From the human T2T-CHM13v2.0 reference genome, Homo sapiens, in the NCBI RefSeq assembly GCF_009914755.1, contig NC_060934.1: a stretch of DNA of 64,000 nucleotides; one strand, written 5' to 3'. Made by a program: the position numbers and the translations under genes. How positions within the stretch are numbered: the stretch's first letter is position 1; each line of letters opens with the position of its first letter. This document shows, piece by piece, positions 52,261 to 64,000 of the stretch. The notes beneath the pieces were generated by a model. That model made no database searches and was not told the origin of the DNA. It saw only the letters and a list, made by a program, of their open reading frames with translations.

Positions 52261-53588
52261 GGGATGGACATAGAAGGGAATGGAGTGGAAGGTGACGGAA
52301 AACACAGGTGTGCCGGGCAGCACCCTCCCAGTTGACATCAAACACCATCCTTTTAGCTGGTATTTTTCCTTTAGCAGCCCAGGCATGAGGGCAGAGACGT
52401 CGCATGGTGGACTCAGACACAGCTTAATAAACTTAAGGCAGTGCAGCACCCCCGTGGGACCTTCCTGCCTGGGAAGCTGGTCACTGTCACGCTGCCTGCC
52501 CAGCTTCCGTCCTGTAGTGGCATTTGGTCTGTGTCTGGGAGCAACTCACTGTATCACAAAGGGACTTTGACACCCCTAGAATCAGACTATTAGCAATTTA
52601 ACATGTTTTTCAAGTCTGATCCTTGCCCTTCAGTCCTTCCTAGTCACCCTGAACCCCTGGCTTTAGCAATGTGGGGTACACCGAGAGCCTGGAAGCTGAT
52701 CACTCTACATTTGCAGTGAGTGGGTGCGGTAGAGACGTCTGAACCGAGGCAGGCAGGGTTCCTCCAGCTCCTTGCCCAGACATGAAGACAGTGCTACACG
52801 CACGCCCCTGGCCAAGGCACCTCTGCACAGCTGGGCTGGTGTGGGGGGCAGGGCTCCCTTAGCCGGCAGGGGCTCTCCCTCTGCCTGGCCTACTTAAGGG
52901 ACAGGTTCTCCATGAGGGCCCAGGAGGTGCCGTCCCCTGCGATCCTCCTCACTGGGGACCTGTGTGTGTTTTATCCCTAGTGGCGTGGGCTGAGAGGCAG
53001 GTTAGGTGGAGGGAGGGGGGCTTCCCACTCAAACGCCAAGGTCGCCAGTCGATCACTCCATTTGCTGTCTTCGTGACATCTCAGCCCTGCCATGTCCCAC
53101 ATGCAGCCCCTGATTTCCTTCCGAGCCTGGCTGGCTCCTCCACGCACCCTTCCCCACCTCCAGAAACAGCACCACCATCGGGCTGTGATCCTTTTCTTCA
53201 TGCCAGTTCACTGGGAAGCTCCACGCGGCCTCCAGGGTGCACCACCCACCCGCCCGCGACCCTCCACCGTTCTGCCTCCTGGACCAGTTGTAGTCTATGT
53301 TGCTCTGTGCCTCTGCCCTGGCCCAACTCGCTCCCATGTAGAGGGACCTGCAATCTTACAATGAAGACTAACGCCGGTCACCCTCCTGCCTCAACCCTGC
53401 AGGGCTCTCCTGTTGCGATGAGGGCGTCAGCCCAAGTTGGACCGCAGCGGAAAGGCTGGCGTTTCCTGTCCATTTCCAGGCTGGCCTCTGTCACCCTAAG
53501 CCTGTCTTTTAAAGGAACTCACTGAGGGCCCCAGGAAGCGGCCAGCACAGTGCTGACATCCTGGATTTTTCTTTTCTTCCTTTTTTAA

Positions 53589-54011
<423 letters not shown>

Positions 54012-54014
54012 TAA

Positions 54015-54149
54015 TACCCATGGTATATTCTACTACCACTATGTGAAGAGTTGCAGTTAGAACTCTTCCAAAAGATCACATTAAAAAAAAAAATAGCATC
54101 AGCCTTTGGAGTCCAGGATGAACAATAAAATAAAAAATAAGTAGCATGG
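54015..54149 (+). repeat. About 135-bp dispersed local duplication, copy 1 (copy 2 at 55693-55829)
   Basis: Shared ctaccact.tgtgaagagttg.agttagaactcttccaaaagatca ... ggagtccaggatgaacaataaaataaa. Confidence 0.9.
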
Positions 54150-54594
54150 AGGTCACATGGAGAGAGCTTCACCAAGAATTGGCGACACCTGGTGACAGGT
54201 AACACTTTAATCAGCCTCACACACACATAATGGGGTCGGTCCCGCGTCCTCAGCCAGCTCCACGTATTTTAGAGTCTCTTACAACATCCCCACTTAATTG
54301 GCTGTGAGTGGCCCCAGAGCAAGGCTCTCAGGGGCGGGAAGCAGAAAGTGCTGATTCCACGGGCGTGCGGAGGAGGCTGGTGGCAGGGGCTCGGCTCAGC
54401 TGCTCCCAGGCATTCCTTCCTCCCCTGCTCATGTTCGGTGCCTCAGCGTCGCCGGGCAGGCTTCTCTTGGCCAGCCACCTGCAGGGCAGTGTCACGGGAG
54501 GCAAGGGAAGGGTAGGCTGGTCTTCTGTGTCTCTTAGGAGTGTGGCAGGCCGGGTCTCTCTTAGCAACCAGAGCAGCCAGCCTCACCAACACCT

Positions 54595-55212
<618 letters not shown>

Positions 55213-55489
55213 GCGCAAGAAAGCCTTTCCCACAGGCTTCTCCAGCTGACTCACATATTGTTGGTCAGAACTGGGCTACCTGCCCACTCCTAAGCCAATC
55301 ATAGTAAGGAAGAATGGCTTCAAATCATCAGGGTTTTATTTCCTGGAGCTTGGGATGAGGTCAGCTTTCCATGATGCACACGGCTGGGTGAAATAATAAA
55401 TCCTAAAAAAGTGGGAATGTATTTGCGAAGGAAGAGGCAGGTGCTGATTACCATGTAAGTAAATATACCTCATTAAGGAAGTGAACTCA

Positions 55490-55692
55490 ACGTTTATTAG
55501 GAGCCTCCTGCAGGTAGACGCTATCAGGCCTTTGTGTATGTGAATTCCTTCAGTCCTCACAGCAAACCTGGGAGGCAGATGACAGCCGCCATTTGCAGAT
55601 GAAGAAACAGGCTCTAAAGAGTCACGGGGCTGGGCCCACTGTGCTCAGTATCACAGAGCAGAGCTTGGATGAAAACTCAAGTTCAATCCCAA
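55490..55692 (-). mobile_element. MIR SINE
   Basis: TCCTCACAGCAAACCTGGGAGGCAG...CCATTTGCAGATGAAGAAACAGGCTC. Confidence 0.6.
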
Positions 55693-55829
55693 ACCCATAG
55701 TATTTCCACTACCACTGTGTGAAGAGTTGGAGTTAGAACTCTTCCAAAAGATCAGTTTGTTTGTTTTTTTAAAGCATCTGCCTATGGAGTCCAGGATGAA
55801 CAATAAAATAAATATTTAATAGCATGGAA
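55693..55829 (+). repeat. About 135-bp dispersed local duplication, copy 2
   Basis: See copy 1. Confidence 0.9.
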
Positions 55830-56114
55830 GGCTTTCAGATGTTCTTAGCCATGGAGTTCTTTAGGCTTAATTTTACTTCCAGTTAACAAATGCAGCCGCT
55901 GTGGTCACTCAGGAGGGGGATGGGCACCCAGAGTTCCTTCTCCGCTCCCGCCTGTGGTGGCCCCTCAGGTGCCTCTGCAGCCACCAGGGCTTCCCAGAAC
56001 ACTTGGAAAACACCTGCAGCCACTGCAGCCCCGGGACACTGACAGCAATTTGAGTACCCTCTGGGTGGCATTAACTCCAAGGAGATTTTGAAGATTACAC
56101 CCCATTTTTGAATT

Positions 56115-56265
56115 ATTTTGGAGACAAGAGTCCCACTCTGTCGCCCAGGCTGGAGCGCAGTGACGCGATCACCGCTCACTGCAGCCTCATGCTCCTGGGC
56201 TCAAGCGATCCTCCCACCTCAGATTCCTGAGTAGCTGGGACCCTAGGTGAGCCATGGCACCCAGT
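56115..56265 (-). mobile_element. Alu right-arm fragment (FRAM/AluJ-like)
   Basis: Alu consensus. Confidence 0.85.
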
Positions 56266-57031
56266 TATACACTTCTGTAACTAGGACTGTTGGCTCTCTG
56301 CCCAGAGGAATGAAGACACAGCTTCAGAAAGAGAAGCACTAACCTTCATGGTGAGGGCGTCCACCAGGAGGGAGTGGTTTTGCCAAGCGGGGACTTGAGG
56401 CAGACGGCCCAAGTTTCACCAACTGTGTTCAATCCTACGGGACCCTTGCTCTTTTTCAGTTTCATTTTCCTTCCAGTTACTGAGCAGCCCTCCCAGGACC
56501 CGAGGATGCAGGGCATGCAGGGGCGGCGCAGTGCTTCCCCGGCCAACCCCTGCCTTGCCGTCCGGTTGACCTGGCTGCCCAGCAGCCATGCTCTGTCTTT
56601 CCTGAACGTGTTGCTCAATTTCCTGTTTGGGTTTTTGCCTCCACCGCCCCCCCCCACCATTTAGAATGCTCCCTGCCCGTTTATTTAAATTCCACCCATC
56701 CTTCCAACTCACATCCTGCATTCCTCAAGCTTCCAGGCCTTGGAGCCATTTCTGCCTTTACTGGGCTCGTGTCCCATTAGTGTGTGTGCTTGTGGTATAA
56801 GGTTTTGTTTCATATTTGTTCCGGTATGCTTCTCTTTTTGACCAGGCTGTAAACTTCTTGAGGATTAGTACCAGGCTTAACTGTCAGGATCTCTAGTGGC
56901 TAGCGAGGGGAGAGACAGACGCCAGGGTCTCCTGTGACCCTCACGCCTCTGGGAAGGGAGTGCATGTGCCGTCATCCCCACTACAAAGATGAGGCAATGT
57001 CCGTGTGTGTAGTGTCTCCAAGTGACAGGGC

Positions 57032-57077
57032 CAGCAAAGGGTAGAATGGATGCTCAGCAAAGGGTAGAATGGATGCT
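57032..57077 (+). repeat. Perfect two-copy 23-bp tandem repeat CAGCAAAGGGTAGAATGGATGCT
   Basis: Seen directly. Confidence 0.9.
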
Positions 57078-57224
57078 CGACACTCAGGCTTTTAAGTTCT
57101 ATCTTCTTTCCACTGCACAAAGATAGTATTTTGCAGATGCCACATGAATAGCACCGATAATAAGTGTTATGAAGGCTCAGAGGCAAATGATTTTGTACAA
57201 CTGAGTCATTAGCCAAGGCTCCGG

Positions 57225-58010
<786 letters not shown>

Positions 58011-58067
58011 TCAGCTGGGAAACCTGCTGGGGCCATGGATTCAGCTAATGTTCTTCCAACAACTTGA

Positions 58068-58368
<301 letters not shown>

Positions 58369-59076
58369 AAAGGCTCAGACTCTTAAGATGGGTTTTCAGA
58401 TATCCTGGCCTCGCATCTGTAAGGAATGAAATTCCGCGTTGTTCTAGGCAGTCTTTAGGTTTCAGCCTGTGGCTTGAATTCAGACTTTAGAGATTTGAAC
58501 TTCTTATTCTCTAAGTTTTTCAGTGACATTAAAAGCAGCCACCCACTATGGGCTCAGATTTCTCATATCCATACGATTTCAGGATGGACGCAACATAGTC
58601 TCTGAGAGCCAGGCTTGCAGCAGGCATGACATCCCAGGCACCTCCTGGCGAACTAATTACCGAATTCCCTGGGCCGCTCCATTCCTGTCTCTGCATATCA
58701 TCAGAACATTCACTCTTTTCTCTCGTCCCTAAGGCAGATAACCAGCCGCAGACACTCCTTATCTCCCCTCTTCTCCATAATTTGCAATACCCACTCCTGG
58801 TACCGAATTTCATATCAGCTAGGAACTTTTCAGTGACAAGTAATGAAAACAGAATCTGTTATAAAGAAAAAAAAATGTATTGGAAAGATACGAGGGGCTC
58901 ATAGAATCCCGGAAAATGGGAGGCTTAGGTTTGGAATATGGTTAGGACCTAAAGACGCCTGGAGAGCCCAGAACAGGAGGCCCAGCAGCCAGTCAGAGCT
59001 TCTGAGGCCACTGCTGGCCACTGCCCTGTGAGTTCTGTGCTCTTCATTCTCTGTATTCAACAGCTTTGTAGTCTAG

Positions 59077-59952
<876 letters not shown>

Positions 59953-60503
59953 CGGTTTCAGGAGAGGAGGAGGTGTTTCATCCTGAATAGCTAAGAACAG
60001 CACCACTAGAATGGGTGGATTTACAGTCACTTAGGGAAGTAAAGTGTCAATTAAATCCCCCGGTAATATAGTGCCTAATATTACCTAAAATATGCACACA
60101 TTGAGTTCTGATTAGTGCCTAGCAGTGTGAGGTGGGGGAGGCTGTGATTTGGGTCGGGCTGGTCCTGCCTGCAAGGAGCACAGCCCTGGGGTGAGACAAA
60201 CCCGCAGTACTCGGGGAGTCCGCTCTGTGCTGTGAAATTCCAAGCCAGGAGGTGGCAGCCTCAGCCAAGAGGAAGAAGTCCTTGGGGAACAGGGGGGTGA
60301 GCAGTGAGAAACAGGGTGTCTTTTGATCCCTGCTCTCCCACTTCCTAATGTCTGAAGAAGGGTTTAAACGGGGAAAGTCACACCACAAGATATATTTTAA
60401 AAAGTTAGGCAGGAAGAAAATGGAAATCTGCATCTATACAAGGGAATAAAGAACGTAAGTGGTTTTAAAAAAGTGGTGGGGGGAGTTAAGAGTCTTATTT
60501 CTT

Positions 60504-60809
<306 letters not shown>

Positions 60810-61244
60810 TCAAGAAAAATCAAGGCAAAATATAAAAGGTGAAGAGCAATCCTTTTTCTTCAAGGCAAATGTGTAGGGCAGGGAAGGAGAGAAGAGGAGG
60901 AGATGTGAATCATTTAGACTTGTGGCAGCTGAAGACGTGGGGACTGAAGGCCTCACAGCTATAGAACTTTCTTTTTTTATTTTGGACTCAGGAGAACATG
61001 TACAGGTTGTTACACGGGTATATTGTGTGATGCTGAGATTTAGAATACGGTGCTCCCATCACCCTTCAGAGTTCTGTGTACTCTTTCCATTTCAACATAA
61101 AAATAAAAAAGGACGGACTCTTCCCAGCACCTGGCAGATGCTGACCTCCTGGTCATTCTGCCCATTCATTCACCCAAATATTTGCTGGCATTTACTGAGT
61201 GCTGAGGACTGAAAGGCAATTGCACTTCCTGATGGCCCTGAAAG

Positions 61245-61500
61245 GTACAGTGGATGGGTGCCAAAGGACCTATGTTGATTCCTTCCTTCCCTTTCATCAT
61301 TCCTGGCCGCTTGAACCTGGGCCAGCCTTGTGACTCGCTTCGACGGATAGAATGCCACAAAAGTGATGCGTGCCAGTGTCTGGACCAGCCTGTCAGGGGC
61401 CTGGCAGTTTCTATGTTCTTTCAGCCAGTGTGACTAGCCTGAGCCCACCGTGCTGTGAGGAAGCCCAAGCAGCCACGTGGAGAAGCCTCCTCTGATTTTG
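61245..61500. mobile_element. MLT1-like LTR remnant
   Basis: CTTGAACCTGGGCCAGCCTTGTGACTCGCTT...ATAGAATG...GCTGTGAGGAAGCCCAAGCAGCCACGTGGAGA. Confidence 0.55.
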
Positions 61501-61546
61501 ATGAAGGCATCTAAGCTGAAGGCAGGCAGATATCGGTGAAAAAAAT

Positions 61547-61832
61547 GGTCAGGTGTGGTGGCTTATGCCTGTAATCCCAGGACTTTGGGAGGCCGAGGCA
61601 GGCAGACTGCTTGGGCTCACAAGTTCAAGAGACCATCCTGGCCATCATGGCAAAACCCCGGCTCTACTAAAAATACAAAAAATTAGGCGGGCATGGTGGT
61701 GGGCACCTGTAGTCCCAGCTACTCGGGAAGGCTGAGGCAGGAGAATGGCATGGACCCAGGAGGCGGAGCTTGCAGTGAGCCGAGATTGTGCCACTGCACT
61801 CCAGCCTGGGCGACAGAGCAAGACTCAGTCTC

Positions 61833-61864
<32 letters not shown>

Positions 61865-62030
61865 TAGCCAGGTGTTGTGGTGTGTGCCTGTGCCTGTAGT
61901 CCCAGCTACTCCAGAGGCTGAGGCATGAGAATTGCTTGAGGCGGAGGTTGCAGTGAGCCAAGATTGCATCACTGCACTCCAGCCTGGGTGACACAGTGAG
62001 ACTCTGTCCCCTCCCCCACAAAAAAAGAAG
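61547..62030 (+). mobile_element. Composite Alu: left arm + two right arms
   Basis: Long poly(A) followed by a second ATTAGCCAGG right arm. Confidence 0.9.
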
Positions 62031-62231
62031 TCAGTGAAAAATGGCACTTTGAGAATGTCTGATGACATGTGGATTGGGCACTATGCCCATGCCCCATCTC
62101 CCAAATGCTCACAGTGGCTCCCTCTTCCCCCTGGCTGTACAAGGGGCAGTTGGTGGCTGGTTTTCAGCCAGGACTGCTCCCCTCCCGCCCCACCTACACT
62201 TCTTATTACTTTTGTTTTTTAAAAAAATTTT

Positions 62232-62645
<414 letters not shown>

Positions 62646-63064
62646 TGTCCCAGCTCCTGCTCTGATCCAGCTCTGGCATTAACCAAGCTTCATGGCTGCA
62701 GGCAGAACAATTTCTCCAGTCCTCAATTTCTCATCTATAAAATGAGGAGGTGGGGTTAGGCCCATGATTTTAGAAATAAATGTCAAAAACAGCAAAGAAA
62801 GTAAGAGAAGAAGAAGGGAAGAGACGATGTGTATACCACTGGGGAGCTGAGCCCAGACTTGCCACTGTGTGGATTAGATAATGCTGCTTCTCCTCACATG
62901 GAATTGTGGGAAATTCCCCAAAACTGTGACCGGAGCCAGCTTTAGGCAAGGCTTTTTCTCCTTCTGGAAAGAACACCTGAACTCAGTCACCTTGGACTCT
63001 GCCTTCCTACTCTTTCTCCTCCTTTATGTGGAACATTTCTCCTTGGTGATTCTCTTAATGCATT

Positions 63065-63782
63065 TTAAAAATATTGAAAATAGATGTTTTATTTTGTTTA
63101 TACAAGGTACAATGTCAAAATACAAATAATATATAATGTATAGATATAATAGACAAGGAAGTATAAATATAAACGCATATATTCGTAAAATGGCACTGAG
63201 TTGAGTTTTCTTCTTCCTGAATCCTTCAATGGAGAGGATTCGCTGGGCTCAGCATCTCTCCCACCTTTCCCAGGTCCCTGTCCATGTGTGCAGAGCAGCT
63301 GGAGACAGGGTGGTTAGAAGCCCAAACGCTGGTGTCTTCCCTGTAGACGTCTCCCACGCCAGGAGAAGCCTTGTAATTGACAGAGAGCTTTGGGTATGTC
63401 ACTTTTCTCTGTGAACTGCAAGTTAGGATGAGGGACGGAAGATTCGGGGCAGGGTTTTTATTTCATTACCACATGTATTCCAGGCAGCTCACACTGTAAT
63501 GAAATAAAAATCCTGCTCAGAAGCCTTTGGTCTCTCCTGGGAAGCTGGGCCCTGGGTCCAAGGCACGACAGGCAGGCAGGTGGTGCCCATGGGAATGCGG
63601 AGAACCTGCTCCCTCGCGCAGGAGGCGCCGACCCGGCAGTCCGTGAGATCCTGCTGGGACTTCTGAGAGGCCTGGTGAGCTTGCTCCTGGAGCCCGCTTC
63701 CTTGCACCTCTTCTCAGTCGTCTTTAGCTAAAGCAGAGAGGCTCCTTCACTCCGGACTTAGCTGGGCTGGTTTCCCCGAGTT
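63065..63782 (-). other. IL15RA: IL15RA 3'UTR (end approximate)
   Basis: Follows the stop at 63783; AU-rich distal part ending in AATAAA. Confidence 0.8.
63088..63093 (-). terminator. IL15RA: IL15RA poly(A) signal AATAAA
   Basis: TTTATT on + strand, about 700 nt past the stop. Confidence 0.75.
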
Positions 63783-63894
63783 TCATAGGTGGTGAGAGCA
63801 GTTTTCCAAGTCTTCATCTCTGCTGCTGGTCCCCCAAGTCACCGGCAGAGCCTCCATGGCTTCCATTTCAACGCTGGCCAGCGGGGGAGTTTGC
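63783..63894 (-). CDS. IL15RA: IL15RA canonical last exon, cytoplasmic tail (R)QTPPLASVEMEAMEALPVTWGTSSRDEDLENCSHHL*
   Basis: Minus-strand ttgcag|G acceptor; translation matches the recalled IL-15R alpha C-terminus. Confidence 0.95.
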
Positions 63895-63947
63895 CTGCAA
63901 AGCAGGTGGTTCATAGGTTTTGAAAAGAGGAGGGGGTTGCCCTCAAA

Positions 63948-64000
63948 TCAACAGACGCTTCCCACTGAGCATGTATGTCCAGCACTGCGGGGATGGCAGG
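63948..64000 (-). CDS. IL15RA: IL15RA alternative exon 7' (partial): ...SCHPRSAGHTCSVGSVC*
   Basis: Minus-strand translation matches the recalled alternative tail; its acceptor lies outside the window. Confidence 0.75.
   Translation of the reverse strand, partial: CHPRSAGHTCSVGSVC

Noticed and set aside
52962-53525. 187-aa intergenic ORF (also the 212-aa ORF at 57309-57947)
   Set aside because: Non-ATG or Alu-containing, Pro/Ser-biased, no domain or splice architecture recognised.

Overview
Human (primate) genomic DNA, Alu-dense, starting in a CpG island. It holds the complete + strand gene FBH1 (FBXO18; F-box DNA helicase 1, UvrD/SF1 family). I assembled 21 coding exons by hand. All are phase-consistent and sum to 3132 nt (1043 aa + stop), with the start codon split A|TG by a 12.7-kb intron. 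An alternative 5' route (5019-5040 + 5585-5716, GC-AG intron, start inside a MIR) adds 51 aa. The right end holds the 3' terminus of IL15RA on the - strand: the canonical last exon, part of the alternative exon 7', and the 3'UTR with poly(A) signal. The rest is Alu, MIR, L1, L2, MaLR/ERV LTR and hAT elements. I see no new multi-gene system. The best leads are: (i) the first-exon-dependent start codon of FBH1 (ATG vs CTG vs downstream Met75, which lacks the PIP degron); (ii) an Alu-interrupted duplicate of the IL15RA 3'UTR end with its own acceptor and AATAAA; (iii) a G-rich, TTAGGG-containing minisatellite with higher-order structure beside a weak exon; (iv) a tailless 5S rRNA retro-fragment; (v) two Alus apparently homogenised by gene conversion. 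Repeat boundaries are approximate, and subfamily calls are by eye.
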